DNA of 61,586 bases, the filler included. It is 7 parts of 7 records of this genome, joined end to end, with 100 filler letters (N's around TTAATTAATTAA, not from the genome) between each part and the next. Parts side by side here need not be neighbours in the genome. Positions count along the whole stretch, not along the records: positions 1 to 22,100 come from SRR31156797_17327; positions 22,201 to 28,219 come from SRR31156797_17336; positions 28,320 to 33,683 come from SRR31156797_17337; 4 more parts are not named here. The stretch is one strand, 5' to 3'. Below the pieces are notes generated by a model. It did not search any database. It was not told the DNA's origin and saw nothing but the letters and a program-made list of their open reading frames with translations. Positions 20,037-30,482 of this stretch are shown here, piece after piece. Position 1 is the first letter of the stretch; each line of letters begins with the position of its first letter. The position numbers and the translations under genes are program-made.

Positions 20037-21047
20037 GTGATAACCTTATATCTGGAGGTGGACCGGAAACCGGCCTGGAAACATATGACATCGAGAAATC
20101 CGTCGTTTTTTCTTTTTGGTATTATATTTGTCCTTAGCTTAACTACAGCTGTTGATAATGCTTCTTCCGCTCAAATATCTGCCTTTGCAACACTCTACGA
20201 ACCATCGGGATGCGTCCAGGTAAATACGGGAGAAGTGGTAGTAGTTGAAGACGAAGGTGAAAAGCCTCTCTACGTCGCCTTGCCGCAGAAAGGCACTCAA
20301 CAGGAGATGCTGGCAAATGGTAAATCATTTTCAGCAGGGGGACCAGTTGATGACCTTGAAGGGATAACCTCCTTTCACGATTCCACCTTCTTTGCAATAA
20401 CTTCACACTCAATTACCAAAAAGGGAAAAAGAAAAGAAAAACGTGAACAGCTCCTGAAACTAGAGGTAAACAAGGGCTCAGTTATACTTGGTGGTAAAAC
20501 CGGTTCTTTACTGCCGAGTATTATAGAAAAGTTGAATCGGTTACCTGGGATTGATAAGGAGTTGGCAAAAACTCCTAATATTGAAGGATTAAGCTTTGAT
20601 AAATCGGGCAAAAAGCTCCTTGTCGGCCTTCGTGAGCCAACCTTGAAAGGCAAGGCGATCATTCTCGAGATCGTTAATCCATTTGAGGTTTTTAAAAATG
20701 GAGAATTCCCCAGGTTCAGTGATCAGGTCTTCCTGCTGGAGGTAGGAGGGAACGGAATTAGGGCAATGGAGTATTTCCCTCAGTTCGACAGGTATCTCCT
20801 GGCAAGTGAAGCCAGGAATAAAAAAGGCAAACTGCGATCACGGGTCTGGGCATGGGACGGAGAGGTAGGGAAATCACCGTCCAGAGTTGACTTGCCGAAA
20901 TTGAAAGGGACTAAAAATATAGAGGGAATATCTCCGCTCCGATATGAACATAAACAATATGTCCTCATTGTCTGTGATGACGGAGATCGCGATAATGACA
21001 AAGGAGCGCATTATGTCGTGATACCCAGTGCAGAAATTTCTTTTTAA
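20037..21047 (+). CDS. Exported DUF3616-like beta-propeller protein
   Basis: Signal peptide (likely start ATG 20085); EPSG, DDLEG, AITSHS, NIEGL..D, GLR.P and NIEG repeats. Confidence 0.7.
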   Translation: MITLYLEVDRKPAWKHMTSRNPSFFLFGIIFVLSLTTAVDNASSAQISAFATLYEPSGCVQVNTGEVVVVEDEGEKPLYVALPQKGTQQEMLANGKSFSAGGPVDDLEGITSFHDSTFFAITSHSITKKGKRKEKREQLLKLEVNKGSVILGGKTGSLLPSIIEKLNRLPGIDKELAKTPNIEGLSFDKSGKKLLVGLREPTLKGKAIILEIVNPFEVFKNGEFPRFSDQVFLLEVGGNGIRAMEYFPQFDRYLLASEARNKKGKLRSRVWAWDGEVGKSPSRVDLPKLKGTKNIEGISPLRYEHKQYVLIVCDDGDRDNDKGAHYVVIPSAEISF

Positions 21048-22100
21048 ATACATTTCTTGGTTTTCATGTAGGGCAGGCCAGCCGTGATAACAATCAGGGT
21101 GAGTAGAAAAAAATGGAAGAACATATCTTTCTGCACTGCTCCCCAGATAATATAGCATGAGCCGATTCCCGCAAGCAGCGGCAAGATATACCTGGCCAGG
21201 AAACTGCTATCTTTAAACGTCTTCATGACCCAGAAATAAAGCGAAATGTAGATGACGTAGAGAAACGCGATGGGCAATTCGGAGATATCCATGAACCTGC
21301 CCCACCAGCCAGCGAAATTTCCATACCAGACCAATAACCAGAAGCAGGACATGCTAAAACCAACAAGTGCGGAAAGGACTGTGCTATTGGTGCGCGGATC
21401 AACGCGGCTGAAAAGTTCTGGCTTGGGGCCTCGTCCCCTCGATGAGATCGCATACATACCGCGACTCGACCCCATAATAAGGCCGTTCAACGTACCAAGG
21501 CATGAAATTATAACAAATACGGACAGAATCGTTCCCCCGAGCTTACCGAAAATAATTGCCAGGACCTCGACCGGCGCATCGTTTCCAGCAGCGATGACCT
21601 CATCGTTGGACAGGATTCCTGAAATCCCTAGGTAATAAAGCATGTAAATGAAAACCACCAGACAGGCACCGAAGAAAAGGGCCTTGGGCAGCGTTTTTTT
21701 GGCGTCTTTTAATTCAGCGTTGATCGAAGTTGCTATAATCCAACCCTCATAGGCAAAAGCTGTGGCAAGTGTTGCAACGGCAAGACCGCCGCCGGAGGTT
21801 GTTACGTTTTGTGCTGCATTGGCAAAACTTGAAAGCGTTTGCCCGGTCATTAGCCCGGAAACGCAGCCTATCACGGCCACCAGCGCCAGTGGAATAAGTT
21901 TGATAATCGTGGTTGATACCTGCCACTTACCAGCCAACACTGGAGAAAAAATATTGAGGAGGAAAAAAAGCACGAGATAAAAACTTGCCCCGAGCCACAC
22001 CTCTTTTTCTATGCCCATGAGGCTGACGGTATAGTTTGCCGAAACCCAGGCAAGCACGGCCACCAACGTTGGATAATAAACAAAGGTCATGAACCAGGCC
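21044..22100 (-). CDS. APC-family amino acid permease, 5'-truncated at the contig end
   Basis: FAYEGW...E.KD..K.LP and SCLGTLNG......R motifs; many TMs. Confidence 0.88.
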
Positions 22101-22200
22101 NNNNNNNNNNNNNNNNNNNNNNNNNNNNNNNNNNNNNNNNNNNNTTAATTAATTAANNNNNNNNNNNNNNNNNNNNNNNNNNNNNNNNNNNNNNNNNNNN
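22101..22200. other. Artificial contig-joining spacer
   Basis: N-run/TTAATTAATTAA/N-run (stops in all six frames); composition changes across it. Confidence 0.99.
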
Positions 22201-22495
22201 TATAAGAAACTAATTAAAATTTATATATGAATATTTAATACTATGACTTTTGGTCTCATCATAACTTCTATACTATATCTAATTCCCTGAGTTCCTAGCT
22301 CTGTGATTTTACTCTCAAGAAACGGTAAATAGTCAGGTACTTTCTGAGTTTTATTAAAGTTTTTATAATTTTTGCCGCCATAGTTTTATAACTAAATCCC
22401 ATAGTTTTAGTCATCATATTCGTATCTTTTAAAAGCATAGTTATTTTAGCTTAAAAAGTTTTTTTGTAAATTCATTGTAAAAAATGACTTTTTAT

Positions 22496-22524
22496 TTGCA
22501 AAAAATATTTTCATCTAGTATAAT
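22496..22524 (+). promoter_or_regulatory. Sigma70-type promoter
   Basis: TTGCAA-17 nt-TATAAT upstream of the ORF at 22556. Confidence 0.65.
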
Positions 22525-22555
22525 AAAAACATCTAAAAGAATGGAGTGATGAAGT

Positions 22556-22744
22556 ATGGTGCTTAATTACGAACTAAACCATATTTTAGGGATCTACGAA
22601 AAAAATATAAATGGGCAAAACATTGATTGTCTAAAAGAAATTTGGGATGACTACTCTAAAGAGAGAGAGATTACGAAACAAAGGGATAAAATTGATTTTT
22701 ACATTTATATGCAAATGCATTCAAAATGGCAAAAAATCTATTAA
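22556..22744 (+). CDS. Small hypothetical protein (62 aa)
   Basis: Has its own promoter, an SD (GGAG) and a downstream terminator. Confidence 0.65.
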   Translation: MVLNYELNHILGIYEKNINGQNIDCLKEIWDDYSKEREITKQRDKIDFYIYMQMHSKWQKIY

Positions 22745-22788
22745 ATAATAAAGAGGTTTGGGAAATCCCAAACCTCTTTATTATTTAA
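22741..22788. terminator. Bidirectional intrinsic terminator
   Basis: Perfect long inverted repeat TTAAATAATAAAGAGGTTTGGGA-AA-TCCCAAACCTCTTTATTATTTAA between convergent genes. Confidence 0.85.
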
Positions 22789-22790
22789 TA

Positions 22791-24293
22791 TTATTCATTT
22801 ACAAATCTTTTTCTAAATTCCTTATTATAAGGAAGTAGTTTAGTTGCACCAAAATCATAGTATTCGTCATAAACTTTTTTTAAAATTTCATTACGATATT
22901 TGTCATATTTTAAATTATAGCCTAATACTAAATAGAATTTTGCTTTTTCAACTTCAAACTCTTTCACTTCTACCTTATCAAAATAAGGCTTATAAGCTTC
23001 TAGTTTTGGTTTTTTCTCTCTAAAAACAAGTATATTTTCATCCGAAAGTTCTTCAAAATCAATAGCAAGATCGTACATCCGACCATATTTTTTACCTTTT
23101 CCAAATACTCCAAAATCTTTCTCCGGCATTACAAATCCTAGCACGGCAGCCTGAGTATAGTTATGAGCCATAAAATTAAAATCATCTTTATATATTTCAA
23201 AATTCTCTTTTATTTTAGCTTGTCTCGTACTTACAACAATTATTTGATAAAACGGTGAATTTTTAAACGTATTAATAGGTAATAATAAAACTATTACTAT
23301 CAGCAAAACATGTATTAATGAAAATCCTGCTATAAACTTAAGTGTTCCAATCATCTCTTTTTTACTTAAAAGATTAAACAATAATATATGAAGCAATGGA
23401 TAAAAACCTAATTGCCAATGAAGACCGATTTCAACTTTTAATGAAAAAAGCGTAAAACATAAAAAAGGAATAAAAAACGTCAAGGCAAATAATTTTAAGT
23501 TATTATCAAAACTCCTTTTTAAAGTTTTAAATTTATTTTTAGCTAAATAATACAAAACAGGAGGAGTAATCAAATATAGCTGCATCAATAAAAAGTTTAA
23601 TGTATTTCCAATTGAAATACCGCTTGAGCTATCTCTTGAATTTAGTACAAAATTTAGGTTAACCCATTCATGATTATAGTTCCAAGCTAAGATTACCAAA
23701 CATCCGGGAATAACTCCTAATGCCAATGCAATAAAACCTTTTAATCTTTTTAAACTTTTTTTGCTGACTAAAAAGTAAGCAAAATATGAGAATGCAATAA
23801 ATATGGAAAAATATTTAGATAAAAATGCTGCACTTAAAAATAATCCACTTAAAAAATATAAACCGTAACTCTCTTTTTTTTCTGCAAAATACAGAGTATA
23901 AACTGACACAAACATAAAAAACATTAATGGTACAGTTGGATCATGTAAAAAACTCAAGAGATTAAACGGCCATAAAAAATATATAAGTGATATTAAAATA
24001 GCCTTCTCTTCATCAAACTCTTTTATCAATCTATATATTAATAAACCAGTAATAGTCGTCAATATTATTACCGGCAATCTAACTATTAATGTTGAGTAAC
24101 CTAATTTTACCATTAGTCCTGATATCCAACCCGCCATGGGGAAATGATCATAGTAACCATAATCAATGTATTTACCCCAAAGAACATAATAAGCTTCATC
24201 TGAAGTAATAGGAACCCACACCGCAAAGATCAACTTCAGCAGTACTATCCCCCCCACTACATAGTTGTATATCTTCTTTAAATTTTGTTTCAT
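22791..24293 (-). CDS. ArnT/PMT-family (GT39-like, GT-C) membrane glycosyltransferase
   Basis: SDEAYY..W......GYYDH.P, VRLP and FLSKY motifs; many TMs. Confidence 0.85.
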   Translation of the reverse strand: MKQNLKKIYNYVVGGIVLLKLIFAVWVPITSDEAYYVLWGKYIDYGYYDHFPMAGWISGLMVKLGYSTLIVRLPVIILTTITGLLIYRLIKEFDEEKAILISLIYFLWPFNLLSFLHDPTVPLMFFMFVSVYTLYFAEKKESYGLYFLSGLFLSAAFLSKYFSIFIAFSYFAYFLVSKKSLKRLKGFIALALGVIPGCLVILAWNYNHEWVNLNFVLNSRDSSSGISIGNTLNFLLMQLYLITPPVLYYLAKNKFKTLKRSFDNNLKLFALTFFIPFLCFTLFSLKVEIGLHWQLGFYPLLHILLFNLLSKKEMIGTLKFIAGFSLIHVLLIVIVLLLPINTFKNSPFYQIIVVSTRQAKIKENFEIYKDDFNFMAHNYTQAAVLGFVMPEKDFGVFGKGKKYGRMYDLAIDFEELSDENILVFREKKPKLEAYKPYFDKVEVKEFEVEKAKFYLVLGYNLKYDKYRNEILKKVYDEYYDFGATKLLPYNKEFRKRFVNE

Positions 24294-24310
24294 CTAATCC
24301 CCCTAAGTAT

Positions 24311-25870
24311 TTAATCTAGCATATCTAGCATTCGTTCTGCATTATCAAATGCTTCTTCTTTTTTCTGTTTAAACTCTTCCGTCCCCTCAAATTCCGGAGA
24401 AGGCTCTAAACCATTCTGTTCTTCTTCTTTTTGCTTAATTCTTTCAGGTACATTTTCTACCGGTTTTACTTCCTCTTCCGTAGTTTGGAATATATCATCC
24501 ATACTAACCATCTCTTTATCAGTTTCTATTAAGTCCTCTTCCAGAGGAATTTCTGCCTCTATTGGCTCAGCAGCTTTTTCCTCAACCTCAGGTGCTTTGG
24601 CTTCAATAGTTTCTATTTCTTCTTTTTTCTCTTCTGGTTTTGCTTCTTCTTTTTCTGTTGCAACTGCTTTTTCCTCGATTAGCTGTTTCTCTTCTACAGG
24701 AGCGTTCTCCTCTTGCGCAGGCTCAACAAACATTTGTGACGTTTCTATAAAGTCATTTATTGCAGATAATAGTGTCTCAATATCATCTTGCTCAAACATT
24801 GCATTAATATAAAACTTTATTCTAGGAGATATAGTTGTTTTTCCAACAGTCGTTGAAGCAACAAGTCCGTTTTTATATAAAAATTTACTAAATTTAATTG
24901 CCGTTTCATTGTCACTAAATATAATTGGTATTATATGACTAGAGCTATCCCCTGTATTTAAATCCAGTTTTTTCAACTCAGCTCTAAGATATTTACTTAG
25001 AGTTAAAATTTTCTCTCTTCTCTCTGATTCTTCTTCAGCAAGCTCTAGTGCTTTCTGAGCAATTGTTGAAGCAAGAGGAGAAATAAGAACTTTATACATC
25101 ATTGATTTACTTAATGAGTTCTTTAATAAGATATTTATATATTTTTCCTTACCTGAAACATATTCACCTAAACCACCGAAATTCCTAGAGAAATCACCAA
25201 TTATTAGATCTATTCCCTCAACAAAATTTGGTTTTGATGCTATTCCATTTCCATTTTCGCCATGGATACCATCACCATTACTATCATCAACCATCAAAAT
25301 AAAGTCATGAAATTTTTTCAGTTCTATTATCTGTTTTAATTTCGCCTGTGAACCATCTGTAAAAAAGATCGTATCTGTAATAATAAGTGCTCTCTTAAAT
25401 TTACTTCTATACTTAATCAGCTTTGATTCAAGATTTTCTATATCATTATGCTTATATCTTATCAAATGAGCTTTACTTTTATATATTCCTTGATAGATAT
25501 CTATAAAATTCTGTGAATCTGAAAAAATCACATCATTTTCACCAACAATACTTGGAATTATTCCAGCACTAACATTATATCCTGCGTTATAAAGAATTGT
25601 TTCTTCTTGATTTTTCATCGAACATATTCTTTTCCTTATATTAAGGTAAAGATCTCCATGATTTGATAAAGTTTTATTACTGTCTATATCTATTCCAAAA
25701 ATATCTATTGCTTTTTTAGCACTTTCCTTGATTCTTTTATCATTTTTAAGGCCTAAAAAATTATTTGAACTGAAGTCCAAAAATTTTCTACCACGAATAA
25801 ATATGTATTTTCCCTCAACTTTTTCAATTCTATTAGAACTATTTTTAAAATAACTCTCTACTGCACTCAC
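24311..25870 (-). CDS. Class II PLP aminotransferase (BioF/AOS-fold) homolog with degenerate active site and acidic C-terminal tail
   Basis: DFSSNNFLGL and Y.HND...LE..L retained, but DEAH reads DDSN and GTLSKA reads GDFSRN; about 140-aa Glu-rich tail. Confidence 0.8.
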   Translation of the reverse strand: MSAVESYFKNSSNRIEKVEGKYIFIRGRKFLDFSSNNFLGLKNDKRIKESAKKAIDIFGIDIDSNKTLSNHGDLYLNIRKRICSMKNQEETILYNAGYNVSAGIIPSIVGENDVIFSDSQNFIDIYQGIYKSKAHLIRYKHNDIENLESKLIKYRSKFKRALIITDTIFFTDGSQAKLKQIIELKKFHDFILMVDDSNGDGIHGENGNGIASKPNFVEGIDLIIGDFSRNFGGLGEYVSGKEKYINILLKNSLSKSMMYKVLISPLASTIAQKALELAEEESERREKILTLSKYLRAELKKLDLNTGDSSSHIIPIIFSDNETAIKFSKFLYKNGLVASTTVGKTTISPRIKFYINAMFEQDDIETLLSAINDFIETSQMFVEPAQEENAPVEEKQLIEEKAVATEKEEAKPEEKKEEIETIEAKAPEVEEKAAEPIEAEIPLEEDLIETDKEMVSMDDIFQTTEEEVKPVENVPERIKQKEEEQNGLEPSPEFEGTEEFKQKKEEAFDNAERMLDMLD

Positions 25871-26091
25871 AAAATCACATCCTTAATAATTTTGATTTGT
25901 TCTACCCAAAATATCGAAAAACAAAAACTTCCTAATACATTATATCTTTGTTTCCATTCAATATCAAATAGTTTATTATTTAAAATCGGCATTTAAGTGG
26001 CATTTATGAATAAAATTGTAGTATAATAGTGGTGAAACTGTAACATTGGGAGTTTATATCATATTATTGAAACCTTTTGGGAGGTACACAA

Positions 26092-27084
26092 ATGAAAAAG
26101 ATAATAATAATAACCACACTTTTTCTACTTTGCCTTAATATTTACGCAATTGGTTTTTTAAATGAAAATACAGGTATAGGTTTTGGACTCGGATCCGGAG
26201 GCTACGAAGTAAAAGGAATCTATAGATTTAATAATTATTTTAGCTCATCTGTCGAATATAATAATATGGGGCTTGATAATATATCTTTCAGTGATGATTC
26301 TAACGGTGATATTGAAGTAGCAGGTACTCTCAAAATATCATCTGTTAAAGGTCTCATACATTATCATCCTTTTGGCGGAGGTTTTAGGATCTCAGCAGGT
26401 TATACATATAATCTAAGCAATATAGAAGTTGAAGTTGAAGGTACAGATATTGTGCTGGATGAAGAGAATCCCTCTACAACAACTTCGGATATAACAGGTA
26501 CAATTACTATTAACACAGGTTCTACTCTGCCATATGTTGGAGTAGCATGGGGATATTCATATGAGGATTTTATAAGTTTAGATCTAGGTTTAGGTATACA
26601 GTTTATTCCTAAATTAAAAGGTGAGGATTTGATTAGCTATGATATCGCAATGGAAGCCGCAGCATTGGATGCAATGGTTGATGAAGTAGTTTCTGATTTG
26701 GGAGATTCCAGCAGTGATACTTATCAAGCTGTTGTAGATGCAGGATATGATCCTGCTGAAGTAGCAACTGCTCTTGAAAGTACAGCGGTTCAGGCGGCTA
26801 TTGCCGGTGGAGATCCATTTGAGTTATATGAAGCTCTTGAATCAGAGGGAATATTAGAGCAATTTGGTATTGATATCAGCTCAGTTGCTTCTTATTCAGT
26901 GAGTAAAGCTGCAGATGATGATAATCCATTTGGTTCACTTCCAAACCCGGATGATTATTTAGGAGATATCCAAACTCAAATTGATCAACTCGTTGAAGAA
27001 AGTGGCTTAGGAGCTGTTCAAGATTTAATTGGTTATGCTCCATTACCAGTTTTTTCATTTGGATTTACTCTATTTTTTTACTAA
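26092..27084 (+). CDS. Putative outer-membrane beta-barrel protein, paralog 1
   Basis: SD GGAGGT, MKK signal peptide; YHPFGGGFRISAG, PYVGVAWG and C-terminal PVFSFGFTLFFY strand. Confidence 0.75.
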   Translation: MKKIIIITTLFLLCLNIYAIGFLNENTGIGFGLGSGGYEVKGIYRFNNYFSSSVEYNNMGLDNISFSDDSNGDIEVAGTLKISSVKGLIHYHPFGGGFRISAGYTYNLSNIEVEVEGTDIVLDEENPSTTTSDITGTITINTGSTLPYVGVAWGYSYEDFISLDLGLGIQFIPKLKGEDLISYDIAMEAAALDAMVDEVVSDLGDSSSDTYQAVVDAGYDPAEVATALESTAVQAAIAGGDPFELYEALESEGILEQFGIDISSVASYSVSKAADDDNPFGSLPNPDDYLGDIQTQIDQLVEESGLGAVQDLIGYAPLPVFSFGFTLFFY

Positions 27085-27222
27085 ATTAGTCATTTTTATT
27101 ATTAGAAACAGACAAATCAATTTTTACCTATTGAATTTTGATTTCAAAAAGGGTAAAATGGTGTAATAAAAGTGTTATCAATTTTGTTTTTCGAACATGG
27201 CTCTATTTAAATTTAAAACGAG

Positions 27223-28092
27223 GTGAGTAAAATGAGGAAAACGCTATTTTATCTATTTCTTATAGTTGGAATTCAAAGTGTTTCTTTTGCATTTAATGAA
27301 AACATAGGTGTTGGTTTAGGACTTGGGTCTGGAGGATATGAATTAAGAGGTATTTATCGTTTCAGCGAATATTTCAGTGCTTCACTTGATTATAACTCAA
27401 TGGGCTTAGATAATATCAGCATGGACGATCTAGGTTCAGCAGGACAAGATATTAGCGCTTCAGGAACTTTACAAATCTCTTCTGTAAGAGGTTTAGTTAA
27501 TTTTCACCCTTTTGCATCAGGATTTAGAGTATCCGCTGGTTATGGCTATAACCTAAGTGATATCTCTATAGAGATCGAAGGAGAGAATGTAGATATCGGT
27601 GGAGGAAATACAGCTGATTTAGAAGGAACTATTACTATTGATACCGGTTCTTCATTGCCATACCTTGGAGTTGCCTGGGGTTATGGTTATGATGATTTTT
27701 TAAGTTTTGACTTTTCATTGGGAATTTTATTCGTAGAAAAAATTACCGGGGATAATTTAATTGATTCAGATGTTACAATGGATTCAGCAACATTAACTAG
27801 CTTTGTAAACAGTGTTGACTCTGATCTAATTAGTGATTACCCGGATATTGCAGCAGCAATTAGTGATGGAGATGTATTTGCTCTTTTTGACGAAATTGAA
27901 TCTGTAGCTGCAGCTGAAGGGATATCTACTTCATCTTACTCTGATCTTCCAAGTGCTGACGATTATTTAGGACAAATTCAGGATCAAGTTGATATATTAG
28001 TTGATTCAACTGGTTTAGGTGCATTACAAGATATGATTGGTTATGCTCCGTTACCGGTATTTTCATTTGGTTTTACAATCTTCTTTAGATAA
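27223..28092 (+). CDS. Putative outer-membrane beta-barrel protein, paralog 2
   Basis: Clearly homologous to the upstream gene (GLGSGGYE, FHPF..GFR.SAGY.YNLS, LPY.GVAWG, IGYAPLPVFSFGFT.FF). Confidence 0.75.
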   Translation: MSKMRKTLFYLFLIVGIQSVSFAFNENIGVGLGLGSGGYELRGIYRFSEYFSASLDYNSMGLDNISMDDLGSAGQDISASGTLQISSVRGLVNFHPFASGFRVSAGYGYNLSDISIEIEGENVDIGGGNTADLEGTITIDTGSSLPYLGVAWGYGYDDFLSFDFSLGILFVEKITGDNLIDSDVTMDSATLTSFVNSVDSDLISDYPDIAAAISDGDVFALFDEIESVAAAEGISTSSYSDLPSADDYLGQIQDQVDILVDSTGLGALQDMIGYAPLPVFSFGFTIFFR

Positions 28093-28118
28093 AGTTAATA
28101 TTATAACTTAATAATAAT

Positions 28119-28158
28119 ATGCTTCTCCCGATAATATTAAGGGAGAAGCATTTTTTAT
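28119..28158 (+). terminator. Intrinsic terminator
   Basis: ATGCTTCTCCC...GGGAGAAGCAT followed by a T-run. Confidence 0.8.
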
Positions 28159-28219
28159 TTCTATTATATATCTACTTGAAAACTAGCAAGAAAAGCCTTC
28201 GGTTCAAAAAAATTAAGAG

Positions 28220-28319
28220 NNNNNNNNNNNNNNNNNNNNNNNNNNNNNNNNNNNNNNNNNNNNTTAATTAATTAANNNNNNNNNNNNNNNNNNNNNNNNN
28301 NNNNNNNNNNNNNNNNNNN
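28220..28319. other. Artificial contig-joining spacer
   Basis: N-run/TTAATTAATTAA/N-run. Confidence 0.99.
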
Positions 28320-28684
28320 ATGACAGCGGAAGCGTCCTCAATGGAAGCCTCAGGACCTATTGCATAAACATCTTTAGTCATTATTTCCTTAATTGGTTTT
28401 GAACCAAAATCCTCAAGCATGCCCTTGGTCTCTTCCCAGTTGAGAAGTTCACGGATAGGCACTTCAATTACCTCAAAAGGACTGGGCAGCCAGAGACCTC
28501 CATGTTCAGGAACCTCAAGCAACTTGATAATATCTCCCTCGGAAACTATTCCCTGCACTTTTCCCTCGTCAACAACAGGAAGACCGCTGATACTATTCTG
28601 CTTCAGGAGTTGTGCTACCTCCCTGATAGGAGTCTCGGATGAGCAAGTGACAACTTCAGTGTTCATTACATCTTTTACGTCCAT
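28320..28684 (-). CDS. CBS-domain protein (archaeal type), 3'-truncated
   Basis: VKDVM...V, ISGLPVVD.GKV.GIVSEGD and WLPSPFEVIEVP motifs; runs into the spacer. Confidence 0.88.
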
Positions 28685-28816
28685 GATTATACCTTACTTT
28701 ACTATGATATTTCAGGATTTGCACCTTGTGAGAAGGTTGCAGAGTTCCACATAATTCAGTTTTGTCAAATATATGATCTAATACATGAAGGTGAAGTGGT
28801 TGCAGGGGTATAATGA

Positions 28817-29116
28817 TTGCGCTTTGGGGAAAGGGAAGGGGAAAATTATGTTATTTTCATATTACGCCAAATAAAGGAAATAAAAGATGTAAGCATATAT
28901 GAGATTATGAAGCAGAGTGATGTTAATAATGTCTTTTTAGATATCAGCCATTTTACAAAAAGAGAGAAAATGATTTTATTGCTCGGTGCTCTTTATGTTG
29001 TTGCGGGTATTTCTTTAATGTATTGTGGCCAGCCATTGGGTGGGTATATGCTCATTTTTGCTACGGCGTATGCTGTGTTTAACGTTATAAAAGTAGCAGT
29101 CAAATCTAAAAAATGA
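28817..29116 (+). CDS. Small membrane protein, unknown function
   Basis: Two C-terminal hydrophobic helices; start uncertain. Confidence 0.45.
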   Translation: MRFGEREGENYVIFILRQIKEIKDVSIYEIMKQSDVNNVFLDISHFTKREKMILLLGALYVVAGISLMYCGQPLGGYMLIFATAYAVFNVIKVAVKSKK

Positions 29117-29436
29117 CAGTTCCATAAATGCCAATTGAGGAAAACTTCCAATAGCATTTCTAAAAACATCATTCCACTTATATTCAAAATCTCTTTTTTC
29201 GTTGTCGTAAAATGGTCTTGGAAGTAAATCTCCTATTTGCTTGACTGATCGGTTTTCTCGGTAAACGGTACAATGTAATAACTCCTTGTGATGTACAAAA
29301 AGCACACAAACAAAATATTCCCCAATAGAAAGTAATTTTTATCAAAAAGACCATTAAGTATCCTTAACTGTGCATGGACAGTCACAAAAATGACTTGTAC
29401 CGCTAATAAAGATACATCATTCATACAAAATAAAAA

Positions 29437-30357
29437 ATGAGGCTAGAAAATATGGCACTATCCACATTCATAATACCTGCACTAATATTTGTTATAATAT
29501 TAAGCAAAAGTATTGTAATTATCAGACCCGTTGAAAAGGGTATTGTAGAACGATTTGGAAAATACATCAAGACTTTCGATGACGGACTGCACTTTATTAT
29601 CCCGGGTGTCGATGTTGTAAGAAAAGTAAACACTACAGAACAAATGGTCGATGTCCCGGAACAGACCGTGATCACACAGGACAAGCTCAACACAAAAGTA
29701 GATGCTGTTGTCTATTACAAGATACATGATGTAAAATCAAGTGCATACAACGTAGATGACCACCGTGCCCAGCTTACCTCCCTTACAAGAACAACGCTTA
29801 GAGCCGTAATTGGTAAAATGACGCTGACCGATGCCAACGAAAAGAGAGACATGATCAACCAGAAGGTAGAGGAAGTCCTCACTGAAGAAACAAAAACATA
29901 TGGAGTAGAGGTCCTCAGGGTTGAAATCCAGACAATTGAACCACCTCTGGATGTCCAGGAAGCCATGAATGAGGTCGTCAAGGCTGAGCAGAAGAAAACA
30001 GCTGCAAGTGACCTTGCAACTGCTAACGAGATCGAAGCAGATGGTTTCAGGCGTGCTGAGATCAAAAAGGCAGAAGGATTGAAACAGGCTGCTATCCTTG
30101 AAGCAGACGGAGAAGCAAGGGCCATAACCGTTGTTGCTGAAGCCGAAGCTGAAAGAATTAAAGTTGTCAATGAATCAATTCAAAAGTACTTCGTTGATAA
30201 TGCTGTTGATTACAAGAAACTGGAATCAATGGTTGGAGCCCTGAAAGACGGAACCAAGATAATCGTTGGAACAGATACTGAACTGGTTAATGTGATTGGC
30301 GATACGGCCGGGGTCGTGCCTTTGCCTAAAAAGGAAGCACAGGTCCAGATTGAATGA
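29437..30357 (+). CDS. SPFH/stomatin (band 7) family protein
   Basis: N-terminal TM; GIVERFGKY, VITQD....VDAVVYY, TTLRAVIG and Ala/Glu coiled coil. Confidence 0.92.
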   Translation: MRLENMALSTFIIPALIFVIILSKSIVIIRPVEKGIVERFGKYIKTFDDGLHFIIPGVDVVRKVNTTEQMVDVPEQTVITQDKLNTKVDAVVYYKIHDVKSSAYNVDDHRAQLTSLTRTTLRAVIGKMTLTDANEKRDMINQKVEEVLTEETKTYGVEVLRVEIQTIEPPLDVQEAMNEVVKAEQKKTAASDLATANEIEADGFRRAEIKKAEGLKQAAILEADGEARAITVVAEAEAERIKVVNESIQKYFVDNAVDYKKLESMVGALKDGTKIIVGTDTELVNVIGDTAGVVPLPKKEAQVQIE

Positions 30358-30482
30358 AATGAGAAAGATGAACTATCAAAGGCGATCATGCCTTTGAATT
30401 TTACTTTTACTTTAGCATCAACTTGATTATATTCGCACGGAGAAGCAACTAGGATTCAAACAATTTCTTTCGGGGATAGATT

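Noticed and set aside
29015..29424. Overlapping minus-strand ORFs 29015-29305 and 29233-29424
   Set aside because: No recognisable family; possibly a decayed gene, but this cannot be supported from sequence alone.
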